DNA from: a virus
Taxonomy: Duplodnaviria; Caudoviricetes
Direction: 5' to 3' (one strand)
Virus record (IMG/VR): IMGVR_UViG_3300029288_000090
Span: 62,557 to 126,556 of that record
Length of the DNA: 64,000 nt
Shown one piece after another: positions 17,499-26,134 of the stretch (the first letter of the stretch is position 1; each line of letters begins with the position of its first letter). The notes beneath the pieces were generated by a model. It did no database searches and was not told the origin of the DNA. It saw nothing but the letters and a program-made list of their open reading frames with translations. Position numbers and translations under genes: made by a program.

Positions 17499-18609
17499 TG
17501 ACGAACATCGTGAATCACAACAAAGAGGGCGAGCAGCATATACTTACGTCAAGGTCAATGAATTGGATAGAATGGGAATAGAACAGTATAAAGCCATTCC
17601 AGGAGAAAATTTTATTGCTGTTGTTTGTAATCCTGATCAAAAAGGATTTTTTGGAAAAAAAGTTGTTGTACATAACAATATAGGTGTTGACAACAAGGTA
17701 TTTATTTGTCCAAAAGGAACGTATGGAAAAGAATGTCCTATTTGTGAAGAAATTATGCATATGAAGAAAGACGGAGAAGATCAGGAGTTGATTGACGATC
17801 TTCGTCCTAGCACACGATATTTATTCTTTGTTATCGATTTTAAGAGTCAGTCTACTGAAGAGAAAGGAGTTCAGTGGTTTGATGCCTCTTCTGGTATTAA
17901 GGATGAGATTGTATCCTTGTGTCATAATAAGAGAACAGGGGATAGTTTCGATATCTCTGATCCTAAAGAAGGGAAGACAGTTTGTTTTGAGCGAACAGGA
18001 ACACGATTGAAGACCAGATATAAAGGATTTGAGTTGGAGGGAAGGGATCCTATAGATGAAGAAATGTTGCTAGATCTTCCGTTGTTTGAAGAGATTCTTC
18101 AAGATGTTACTTATGAACAGATTGAGAAAGAGTTCTTTGGAACTACTACACGTTCTCGGGACGAAGACCGTGGTTCACGCAGAGTAAGAGGGGAAGAAGA
18201 TAAGGGAGATAGAGGTTCACGCAGAGTAAGAGGAAATGATGATGAAGGAGATAGAGGTTCCCGAAGGGGAAGAGAAGACGAAAATGAGGATACTGGTTCA
18301 CGTCGTGGGAGAAGTGGAGATGATGAAGGGGGCCGTAGTTCCCGAAGAGATAGAGAAAATAATGAAGATGCTAGCTCCCGGCGTCGGGGAAGAGAAGATA
18401 ATGGAGAAGATAATTCTCGCCGTCGAGGGAGAGAGGATGATAGAAGTTCATCAGAAAACGACGAAAAAAAAGACGAACCATCTGATAAAAAGGATGAACC
18501 TCAAGGAGAAAAGAAATCGGATGGAGATTCTAAAGATGAAGCTCCTTTAAGTGAAAGAGTAAAGCGAAGACAACGTATGAGAGAACAGGAAGGACAAAAT
18601 GATAAGTAA
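17473..18609 (+). CDS. single-stranded DNA-binding protein, T4 gp32-like, with a repetitive charged tail
   Basis: H...ICPK..G.ECPICE, RYLFFVID, DISDPKEG, RTGT...TRY; sits before uvsY-like and recA genes. Confidence 0.75.
   Translation: MVDRRKAIDDEHRESQQRGRAAYTYVKVNELDRMGIEQYKAIPGENFIAVVCNPDQKGFFGKKVVVHNNIGVDNKVFICPKGTYGKECPICEEIMHMKKDGEDQELIDDLRPSTRYLFFVIDFKSQSTEEKGVQWFDASSGIKDEIVSLCHNKRTGDSFDISDPKEGKTVCFERTGTRLKTRYKGFELEGRDPIDEEMLLDLPLFEEILQDVTYEQIEKEFFGTTTRSRDEDRGSRRVRGEEDKGDRGSRRVRGNDDEGDRGSRRGREDENEDTGSRRGRSGDDEGGRSSRRDRENNEDASSRRRGREDNGEDNSRRRGREDDRSSSENDEKKDEPSDKKDEPQGEKKSDGDSKDEAPLSERVKRRQRMREQEGQNDK
18157..18450 (+). repeat. degenerate 39-42 bp coding tandem repeat (about 7 units of DRGSRRxR)
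   Basis: GGTTCACGCAGAGTAAGAGG occurs twice 42 bp apart, followed by more diverged units. Confidence 0.8.
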
Positions 18610-19147
18610 GGAACAGGCTCACGAACTTATAGCTAGTATAAAGTCACGACTTCGGATCAATGAGAATGATCTCACTCGAGAATGTGTTCTCCAACCTCTT
18701 CTCTTTGAAGAGATTAGTTCAGCAGCTGCTTCTGCACGATCTGATGTCAATCGAACAAAAGAAGAATTAGAAAATCTTCACTCCAAGTTAGATTTAACCA
18801 TTAGAGACTCCCCTGAAAATTTTGGTATTTCAGGGAGAGTTACGGAAAATGCTATTTCCAATGTTATTGTCAATAGTAAGACATACCGTGAAGCTAAAGA
18901 TTTATACCTAGACGCTATGGAGGTATCAGGAGCTCTGGAGAGTATGTTGAGAACAGTTGAGCAGAGAAAGTCTATGCTGAGAGATTTGGTTCAATTGTTT
19001 ATATTCCAATACTACAGTTCTGAAAATACAAAGCCTGTTTCTTCCAGGGAAGTCAAGAATGCTGACGAAGAAAAAATAGGAGAAGTTAGGGATAGGAATA
19101 GAAGGAGACGAACCAGTTTAAATGAAGGAGATTCCGATGACAAATAG
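18599..19147 (+). CDS. recombination mediator, UvsY-like
   Basis: L.INENDL..E...QP, TENAI...I, EQRKSMLRDLV; between the SSB and recA genes. Confidence 0.65.
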   Translation: MISKEQAHELIASIKSRLRINENDLTRECVLQPLLFEEISSAAASARSDVNRTKEELENLHSKLDLTIRDSPENFGISGRVTENAISNVIVNSKTYREAKDLYLDAMEVSGALESMLRTVEQRKSMLRDLVQLFIFQYYSSENTKPVSSREVKNADEEKIGEVRDRNRRRRTSLNEGDSDDK

Positions 19148-19442
19148 AGTACGACATCTTTCAGATGACAGACCGAAGGAACAAAGGGAACAATCTCTGG
19201 CAGATAAGTTGTTTGGGGAACAAGAAGTTGAATATTCCTCTCTTTTGTCTGCTATTCAAACTCTTACTCGCAGATTAAGCGTTGTTAGTACTCAATAGGT
19301 AGCTGTTAATGCAACACCTGAAGTTAGAGAAGAAAGACCTTGTGAGTTTTCTGTATTTCTACAAAAAGTAGCAAATCATACTGATGCTATTCATAACCTT
19401 ACAGAAGAAGTAAGGGATATAATAAAACGTTTGGAAATTTAA
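19137..19442 (+). pseudogene. 101-codon reading frame interrupted by one in-frame TAG (19296-19298)
   Basis: AAGGAG RBS and ATG at 19137; frame stays open after the TAG to TAA at 19442, with 3 nt before recA. Confidence 0.6.
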
Positions 19443-19445
19443 GCT

Positions 19446-20540
19446 ATGGAAGAAAGAACACAACGAAGACGTCGAGGAGAACTTCTTGACGAAGCGAAAG
19501 AAGCTGCAGAAGAATTAGCCGTAGAAGATCTTCCTCCAGTCCAAGGATGGATCAGTACAGGGTGTACATTGTTAGATATAGCCATTGCTGATTCTTTTCC
19601 AGGGGGTCTTCCTCTGGGAAGAACCATACAAACTTTTGGAGCAGGATCTACTTGTAAGACAGTTCTTGGTATGCTTATATTAGGACAGATTCAACGGATG
19701 GGAGGAGTTGCTTTTCTAGCAGATACTGAATATACTTTTGATCCTAAATGGGCACAGTTATTCGGATTAGATTGTAATAATATAGATACCTGGCGATATG
19801 GATATTGGTGGAAGAAATGTGATCCTGTTGAACAGCCTACTACAATAGAAGAGTTATTTGATGTATATTTCTATAAGATAGTAGAATTAGATGATCCTCG
19901 ACCTAAACTTATTGTTGTGGATAGTCTGACATCTTTACCTACTGAGATAGAAGCTAAAGATGATATGGCAGATGGAACTTATGGAACCTCTCGAGCTAAG
20001 CAGATAGGAAAAGGATTTAGAAAGTACCTATCCAAATTTGCAAAGTCCAATACTTCTGTATTTTTTATCGATCAGACCAGAGATAATGTAGGAGTTACTT
20101 TTGGTCCAAAAGAAACTGTATCAGGAGGTAGAGCTCTTGAATTTTATTCTACTGTTAGAATTTATTTAAAGCATGCTGAGAGTGTTAAGAACAAGAGGAA
20201 GCAAGAGATAGGGATATGGGTTGATTTTCGAATTGTCAAGAATAAGATTGCTTCTCCATTTAAGAAAAGTAGCTTCAGGATTATTTGGGATTATGGATTG
20301 GATGATATAGCCAGTAACGTTGAATTCCTTAAGTTATATCAAGATGAAGGAGGAGATGAAGATGATTCCAAAAATAGAAAATCTCCAAGGGTTGAGTTTG
20401 ACGATAAGAAATTTTATGTAGGAGATTTAATTAAACATATAGAAGAAAATGGTTTAGAAGAGAAGCTCCGAAAAGAAGTATGGAGATGTTGGAAAGAGTA
20501 CCATAAAACAGAAGATAGAAAACCAAGGATATGGCAATAA
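19446..20540 (+). CDS. recA: RecA/UvsX recombinase
   Basis: ISTGCTLLD...GGLPLGR, GAGSTCKT, DTEYTFD, LIVVDSL, IDQTRDNVG, SGGRALEFYSTVRI, KNKIASPF. Confidence 0.93.
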   Translation: MEERTQRRRRGELLDEAKEAAEELAVEDLPPVQGWISTGCTLLDIAIADSFPGGLPLGRTIQTFGAGSTCKTVLGMLILGQIQRMGGVAFLADTEYTFDPKWAQLFGLDCNNIDTWRYGYWWKKCDPVEQPTTIEELFDVYFYKIVELDDPRPKLIVVDSLTSLPTEIEAKDDMADGTYGTSRAKQIGKGFRKYLSKFAKSNTSVFFIDQTRDNVGVTFGPKETVSGGRALEFYSTVRIYLKHAESVKNKRKQEIGIWVDFRIVKNKIASPFKKSSFRIIWDYGLDDIASNVEFLKLYQDEGGDEDDSKNRKSPRVEFDDKKFYVGDLIKHIEENGLEEKLRKEVWRCWKEYHKTEDRKPRIWQ

Positions 20541-20686
20541 ATTATAAAGTAGAGAAGGTGCCCAGATGCTATACGTGTTATTATTATGAACGTATAACTC
20601 CAAGAGGTTGGTGTAGTATAAAAAAGAGAAAAGTTAAAAGAAGATGCAAACTATACAAGAATGCCAGGAAAAATGCAACTAAGTAA
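20531..20686 (+). CDS. small basic Cys-containing protein (51 aa)
   Basis: Manual translation MAINYKVEKVPRCYTCYYY...WC...C; fills the operon gap. Confidence 0.45.
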   Translation: MAINYKVEKVPRCYTCYYYERITPRGWCSIKKRKVKRRCKLYKNARKNATK

Positions 20687-20831
20687 TGAAGCTAGATTAG
20701 TTTTTTGCACTATAGTTCTTTTTATGCTTTTTGTTATTTTTTTATTTTTTATGATGCATTTTATGTTTAGGAAGTTGGAGAAACAATGGAGAAGTAATCT
20801 TGAAAGGTTTGAGAAGGAATGTGATATATGA
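20673..20831 (+). CDS. small membrane protein (52 aa)
   Basis: Manual translation MQLSNEARLVFCTIVLFMLFVIFLFFMMHF...; ATGA overlap with the next gene. Confidence 0.5.
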   Translation: MQLSNEARLVFCTIVLFMLFVIFLFFMMHFMFRKLEKQWRSNLERFEKECDI

Positions 20832-21577
20832 AAGATTTTATAGGAATAGATTTATCTCTTAACCATTTTGGAATAGCTTTCAGAAATGGTGCTAGTAGTA
20901 CACATATATCACTTGGCTATAGTTCTAGCAAAAGAAAGTTTATAAAAAATATTCCAGGAGTCTATGTTTTTACTAGTGTTAGTAAAAAGAAGGGAGAAGA
21001 TGACGATAGTTTTCAGGCAAGAAGGAGAGAACAAGTATTTAGTACAATAACTTACTTTCTTGAACATAGGGAATCTTCTTCATCAGAATGGTTTGTAGGA
21101 TTGGAAGATTATGCATACACAACAAGAACTAATTCTAGTCATCAGTTGGCAGAATTGGTGGGAACTGTCAAACATTATCTTTGGAGTAAAGGGTATCAAT
21201 TACTTCTTATAGACCCTGCTTCTTTAAAATTATGGGCAACAGGAAAAGGAAACGCCTATAAAAAGAACATGATAGAATCGGCTAAAAAGTTAATGACGGG
21301 AATACTGCCAAAAGTAACTATATTAGATGATCTAACTCTTTCAGAGGAAAGAAAAGTAAATCGTTCTTATACTGGAACTGTTGTAGATCTTGACGGTCCT
21401 ATAACAGATATGGCAGATGCAATCAATTTATCTTATTTGGTAAGTCAAAAGGTATATTTAGATAGAAAGATATTATCCTTTGCAGACCTTCCTGAACATC
21501 AGAAGAAGGTATATACAAAAGTAACTAAGAGTAATCCAGTACGATTATTGGATCTTCCGTTTATTTACGAAGGATGA
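20828..21577 (+). CDS. ruvC: RuvC-like Holliday junction resolvase
   Basis: FIGIDLSL, GLEDYAY, LAELVG, LKLWATGKGNA.K, DMADA. Confidence 0.82.
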   Translation: MKDFIGIDLSLNHFGIAFRNGASSTHISLGYSSSKRKFIKNIPGVYVFTSVSKKKGEDDDSFQARRREQVFSTITYFLEHRESSSSEWFVGLEDYAYTTRTNSSHQLAELVGTVKHYLWSKGYQLLLIDPASLKLWATGKGNAYKKNMIESAKKLMTGILPKVTILDDLTLSEERKVNRSYTGTVVDLDGPITDMADAINLSYLVSQKVYLDRKILSFADLPEHQKKVYTKVTKSNPVRLLDLPFIYEG

Positions 21578-22731
21578 GAACATTATTAGAGGATTTGCTT
21601 ATGTTATTATCACTTCTGATAAGAAACTTCCAATCACATGAGGAAAGTTTTGTTGAATTCTCTCCTGGTGTTACTTTAATTACTGGAACATCTAATCACG
21701 GGAAAACAGCTATTCTAAGAGCTTTGAATTGGATTATCAATAATAGACCTCTTGGAGATAGTTTTATTCGTCATGATCAAGAATGTTGTGATATTATTCT
21801 GGCTACAGATAAAGGATCTGTCAGAAGACTTCGATCTAAACGGGAGAACTTATATATTGTAGGCCCCAGTGAAAGTATTAGTTTTGATCCTAAAGTTTTA
21901 AATGAGTCATGTATTCAATTTACAGCTATGGGATCGGACGTTCCCAAAGAGGTTAATGATCGATTAAGGATTTCTCCTATAAATGTACAACAACAGTTAG
22001 ATCCTTATTTTCTTGTACTAGATAGTCCAGGAAGAGTGGGATCTTATTTCAATAGTATAATTCATTTAGATGAAGTTGAGGATGTTATTGATGAACTAAC
22101 CAAACGGTCTCGATCAGAAGCGAATAAGATTAAAGATCTTAAAGAGGAAGAAAAGAAGGTAGATGAGTATATAGTTTTTTATGAGAAATTGGACCTTGAT
22201 AAGTTTGAAAAGTTATTAGATAGATATGATCGTGCAAGAGATCTTACAGCTACCAAAAAGAAGGAGATTTTAGAATTTAACAAATTAATCAGAGAATTAA
22301 AGGAGATAGAAAGTACTTTGGTGGAACTTCCTGATATAACATCAGTTTTAGAAAAGTCCAAAGTTATACCGTTGGAGATAGAAGTTATAAAGAAGTCTTT
22401 AGTTCATCTACAAGGATTGGTAGAAGATTATAACAGATTAAATCATTCAGTTCTTTCATTATCTTCAGATAGCTTTTCTTCTATAGAGAAGGCTGAACCC
22501 TTGGGTAAAGAGATAAGCACTTTAGATAAGTCTTTGGATGATCTCTTCGGTCTCATTGAAAAATTTAAGAAAATTGAAGAAACTTCTAAAGAGCTTGCCT
22601 GTGAAATTGGCAAAGCTTCAAAACTTAAACAGTCTTTTTTAGAACAGTTAACCGTATGTCCTTATTGTGAAACAAATTTAAGTGAGGAACATAAGAGGAT
22701 TTTGTTGGATAAGGAGAAGGTGAATGTCTGA
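21574..22731 (+). CDS. sbcC: SbcC/Rad50/gp46 ATPase, N-terminal half ending at the zinc hook
   Basis: IRNFQSH, GTSNHGKTAILRAL, Q-loop QQQLD, coiled coil, CPYC. Confidence 0.85.
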   Translation: MRTLLEDLLMLLSLLIRNFQSHEESFVEFSPGVTLITGTSNHGKTAILRALNWIINNRPLGDSFIRHDQECCDIILATDKGSVRRLRSKRENLYIVGPSESISFDPKVLNESCIQFTAMGSDVPKEVNDRLRISPINVQQQLDPYFLVLDSPGRVGSYFNSIIHLDEVEDVIDELTKRSRSEANKIKDLKEEEKKVDEYIVFYEKLDLDKFEKLLDRYDRARDLTATKKKEILEFNKLIRELKEIESTLVELPDITSVLEKSKVIPLEIEVIKKSLVHLQGLVEDYNRLNHSVLSLSSDSFSSIEKAEPLGKEISTLDKSLDDLFGLIEKFKKIEETSKELACEIGKASKLKQSFLEQLTVCPYCETNLSEEHKRILLDKEKVNV

Positions 22732-22915
22732 GTTTCTTTCAGAAGAGGATAGTCAGAATCTACGGAATATGGTAGACGAATTATTATCTGCAGATGAGGG
22801 ACTTTTGGATAAAGAGATAACATTTTTAGACTCTATTAAAACAGAATGGGAAGGAAACCTGACAGAAAGACAAGGAAGTTGGATAGAGAAAATTTATAAG
22901 AGGATTTTTAAATGA
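22724..22915 (+). CDS. hypothetical protein
   Basis: 63 aa, E..FLDS......LTERQ..W...I pattern. Confidence 0.6.
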   Translation: MSEFLSEEDSQNLRNMVDELLSADEGLLDKEITFLDSIKTEWEGNLTERQGSWIEKIYKRIFK

Positions 22916-23844
22916 GGCTTTTACTTTTAGGCGACACACATTTTGAAGAACGAGGTCCAGATCGTAGAAAGGACGATTACTTTTTAACACAGTTATGTAA
23001 ATTGAAGCAGATATTTAGTATTTACGGAGAAGAGAAGTGTGATGCTATTCTTCAAGTAGGGGATTTCTTTAACAGTCCATACGTTTCTAATTATGTTAAA
23101 TCTAACTTAATTACAGATTTGAAACATTGGGGAAATATAATGTACTGTATTTTTGGTCAGCATGATATATTCGGGCATGCCTGGCAAACTTTTGAAAGGA
23201 GTCCACTTGCAGTTTTGGAAGCCGCAGCAGTTCTTAAAGTAGTTAGAGATCCTTGTACTAGAATTGAAGGGAAAAGTGGTGATTGTGTTTATGTTTATGG
23301 AGCTTGCTTTGGATGTGAGGTTCCAAAAGTAGAATCTGAACATACTTTTAATATACTTTTAGTTCATGATATGATAGGAGATAGAGAATTATATCCAGGA
23401 CAGGAGTTAAAAGGTCCGCGAGATTACCTTAGAAAGTATCCTAATTATGACTTGATTGTTTGTGGGGACTACCATTATACATTCAAAGATTCACATCAGG
23501 GAAGAATTATTTGTAATCCTGGATGTTTAATGAGGAAAACCATAGGAGAGTTTGACCTTCAACATAAACCGGGAGTCTTTATTTTTGATACGGATAGTAA
23601 GGATTTGAAGTGGATTTTATTAGATGTTGAACCAGTGGAAGATGTTTTTGATTTTACAAAAACAGAATCAATAAAAGAAGATTCTTCTAAAGTTGTTGAG
23701 TTTATAGAAAAGTTGCGGGCAAATAATGAGGATAGAGCTGCATGGAGAGAAGCGTTAAGAGTTGTTTTGGAGGAGAAAAAAGTTTGTTCCAGAGTTAGAA
23801 CGTTGTTAGACAGCGTTATTGCGTATACATTGGAGAACAAGTGA
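22912..23844 (+). CDS. sbcD: SbcD/Mre11/gp47 metallophosphoesterase nuclease
   Basis: GDTH, GDFF, GQHD, VHD, GDYH, NPGCL. Confidence 0.9.
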   Translation: MRLLLLGDTHFEERGPDRRKDDYFLTQLCKLKQIFSIYGEEKCDAILQVGDFFNSPYVSNYVKSNLITDLKHWGNIMYCIFGQHDIFGHAWQTFERSPLAVLEAAAVLKVVRDPCTRIEGKSGDCVYVYGACFGCEVPKVESEHTFNILLVHDMIGDRELYPGQELKGPRDYLRKYPNYDLIVCGDYHYTFKDSHQGRIICNPGCLMRKTIGEFDLQHKPGVFIFDTDSKDLKWILLDVEPVEDVFDFTKTESIKEDSSKVVEFIEKLRANNEDRAAWREALRVVLEEKKVCSRVRTLLDSVIAYTLENK

Positions 23845-23845
23845 T

Positions 23846-24100
23846 ATGTCAGATACAAGCAAAATCGTAGATAGTTTAAAGCGAACGGCTAATAAGCTTC
23901 AAGATCTCAAGGAGAGACAAAGTACGTTGAAAGGAAGAAAAGATTCCATTCTGGAACAGTTAAAGGAGCGTTTTTCTGTTAGTTCTGTGGAAGAAGCGGA
24001 AAAACTTCTTAAGGAAAAAGAGAGTGAACTAGTCCGAAAAGAAGAAGAGGCTCAACAACTTGCGGATGATATGCAGGAAATTATGGATAAGGTAGTATAA
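23846..24100 (+). CDS. coiled-coil protein (possible middle segment of the split SbcC)
   Basis: All-helical heptad sequence between sbcD and the SbcC C-half. Confidence 0.6.
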   Translation: MSDTSKIVDSLKRTANKLQDLKERQSTLKGRKDSILEQLKERFSVSSVEEAEKLLKEKESELVRKEEEAQQLADDMQEIMDKVV

Positions 24101-24103
24101 CTT

Positions 24104-24706
24104 ATGAGTAAGTTTTCAGATTTTCTAGCTGTATCAAAGGATAGATTGTCAAATTATAGGAAAAGGAAGAAGGATCTTCAGGAAAGCCTTGTTGAGGGGG
24201 AGCAGATGTTCAACGATATTCTTGAGTGTCGGGATATTATGAACATAGTGGGGTCTGTTTGTCAGGAACAGACTAAGAATGTAGTAGAAGATCTTGTTTC
24301 CGAAGCACTTAAAGTTGTATTTGGAGAAACTCATTCTTTTGAGATGGAGTCTAAAATAGTTCGGAATCAGCCAGAAATCTACATGTATGTAGTTAGAAAT
24401 GGTGTTCGTTACAATCTTCGTGAGGAGTTAGGTGGAGGCGTAGCTGATCTTGTTTCTTTTGTACTAAGGATTGTTCTTTGGTCCATTACTACTCCACGTT
24501 CAGCTAATATTATGATTTTGGATGAACCAGGAAAGTTTATTTCCAAAGATCTTCAATCTGCCTTTGGTGATATTATAAAAGAGTTGAGTACTATGTTGGG
24601 GATTCAGTTTATCATAGTCAGTCACGAACAGGAGTTAATAGCCACTGCTGATGTTACCTATGAAGTAGCATTAGAAGGAGATATTAGCCATGTTACAAGG
24701 ATCTAA
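24104..24706 (+). CDS. sbcC: SbcC/Rad50 ATPase, C-terminal half
   Basis: Signature LGGGVAD, Walker B MILDEP, H-loop IVSH. Confidence 0.85.
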   Translation: MSKFSDFLAVSKDRLSNYRKRKKDLQESLVEGEQMFNDILECRDIMNIVGSVCQEQTKNVVEDLVSEALKVVFGETHSFEMESKIVRNQPEIYMYVVRNGVRYNLREELGGGVADLVSFVLRIVLWSITTPRSANIMILDEPGKFISKDLQSAFGDIIKELSTMLGIQFIIVSHEQELIATADVTYEVALEGDISHVTRI

Positions 24707-25262
24707 AACTTGGATTATTCAACCTCTCATAGATGGATCTACATTAGATTGTGGATTAAAGTTACTTGCAGATAGCATTAAAGAAAAACTAACGGAAAAG
24801 AACATTTTTCTTCCTATACTCAAGGGAGGAGCTTTTGTAGCTCACGAACTTTTCCATAGATTTCCTCTAAAAGAATCTGATAAAATTGGATATATAGGAG
24901 TTCGTAGCTACCTAGAAGGGGAGATTAGTTCTGGGGCTGACATATTTGTATACAATGAACTATTTTTGAAAGAAGAAGATTTTGAAGATGCTACTGTTTT
25001 TGTTATAGACGATGTCTGTGAAACAGGAAGGACTTTACTAACTATACGAAGAATGTTGTTAGAAAAATTTAAGTGTAAGAATATAATTACTATAGCCCTT
25101 GTTAATAAGAATGATACAATTAGGAAAGTTGAAGTTGGGGAAGGTCCTGATATGTTTGGATTTGGTTATAATGGAGGACGTTTTCTAGTAGGGTGTGGAA
25201 TGGATTTTAAGGAGATGTATAGAGGACTTCCTTTTATAGGTCATTTGGTTTTAGGAGAATGA
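24690..25262 (+). CDS. purine phosphoribosyltransferase (HPRT-like)
   Basis: ILKGG, VRSY, PRPP loop VIDDVCETGRTL, FLVGCGMD...YRGLP. Confidence 0.85.
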   Translation: MLQGSKTWIIQPLIDGSTLDCGLKLLADSIKEKLTEKNIFLPILKGGAFVAHELFHRFPLKESDKIGYIGVRSYLEGEISSGADIFVYNELFLKEEDFEDATVFVIDDVCETGRTLLTIRRMLLEKFKCKNIITIALVNKNDTIRKVEVGEGPDMFGFGYNGGRFLVGCGMDFKEMYRGLPFIGHLVLGE

Positions 25263-25263
25263 T

Positions 25264-25701
25264 ATGATTGTTACAAAAACTTATTCAGTAGATTATGCTC
25301 ATCGATTAAAGGATCATCCAGGAAAATGTAAAAATCTTCATGGACATACTGGAGTTTTTACGATTACTTTTAGTGGTTCAGTTAAAGAAGATGGGATGAT
25401 CATTGATTTTGGCACCTTTGGTTGGCTTGAGAAGTTAGTAGGTTTGTTTGACCATACTATTCTTCTTCAAGAAGGCGATCCTATACTGGACTTGTTATTT
25501 CCTGAAGATAAGGGAGAATTTTTTGATCTTAACTTTGTTAGTTTCAAAAATCCTCCGACAGCAGAAGTAATAGTGGAAGATCTTGTTACTCTTATTGAGA
25601 ATGATGGTATTTATTCCTCTATGGATAGAAATGCTTTAAGGCTCGTTCGTATTGATTTTGCAGAAACTCCTGGAAATGTTGTTAGTTGGATTAAGGAGTA
25701 A
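25264..25701 (+). CDS. queD: 6-carboxy-5,6,7,8-tetrahydropterin synthase
   Basis: AHRL..HPGKCKNLHGHT, GMIIDFG, FDH, PTAE, ETP. Confidence 0.9.
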   Translation: MIVTKTYSVDYAHRLKDHPGKCKNLHGHTGVFTITFSGSVKEDGMIIDFGTFGWLEKLVGLFDHTILLQEGDPILDLLFPEDKGEFFDLNFVSFKNPPTAEVIVEDLVTLIENDGIYSSMDRNALRLVRIDFAETPGNVVSWIKE

Positions 25702-25705
25702 AATT

Positions 25706-26134
25706 ATGGAACCTATAGTAAGTCCCTGGATTGTATATTTGGTTGGGAATTGTGATAGTATATCTATTATAACTTACATTCCTTTTATATGCTGTTGTTT
25801 AATTTTATTTGTCTTGCTCGTAAATTACGTTATCTCTTCTGATAGTGGCTCTCGTGAAAGTGAAGAGAAGGCTCACTTATTGCTTAAAAAGAAGTATAAA
25901 CTTTTATGTATTTTAGGGTCCGTGTTTTTTGTATTAGCTCTACTTGTTCCTGGAAAAAAGACTGTTATAGGAATGTTAGTTGCACAAGAGGTTACTATAG
26001 ATAGAGTAGCTGCAGGAAAAGAACTTGTAGAGGAAGTTAGACAACAGATAAAGAAGGACACTTTGGATATTATTCAGTCTATTAAAGAAGAACGTTTTGT
26101 AGTAGTAGATAAAACAGAAAAGTCAAAGGAGTAA
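25706..26134 (+). CDS. membrane protein
   Basis: Two hydrophobic helices, LVPGKKTV; AAGGAG RBS. Confidence 0.65.
   Translation: MEPIVSPWIVYLVGNCDSISIITYIPFICCCLILFVLLVNYVISSDSGSRESEEKAHLLLKKKYKLLCILGSVFFVLALLVPGKKTVIGMLVAQEVTIDRVAAGKELVEEVRQQIKKDTLDIIQSIKEERFVVVDKTEKSKE

Noticed and set aside
18157-18450. CRISPR array
   Set aside because: The repeats are degenerate, in frame and coding, with no constant repeat and unique spacer pattern
5837-25701. Queuosine tRNA-modification (host-type) pathway
   Set aside because: The transglycosylase has DpdA-like motifs and lacks the TGT zinc-binding CxCxxC; no queA, queF or queG is present; the context is DNA replication
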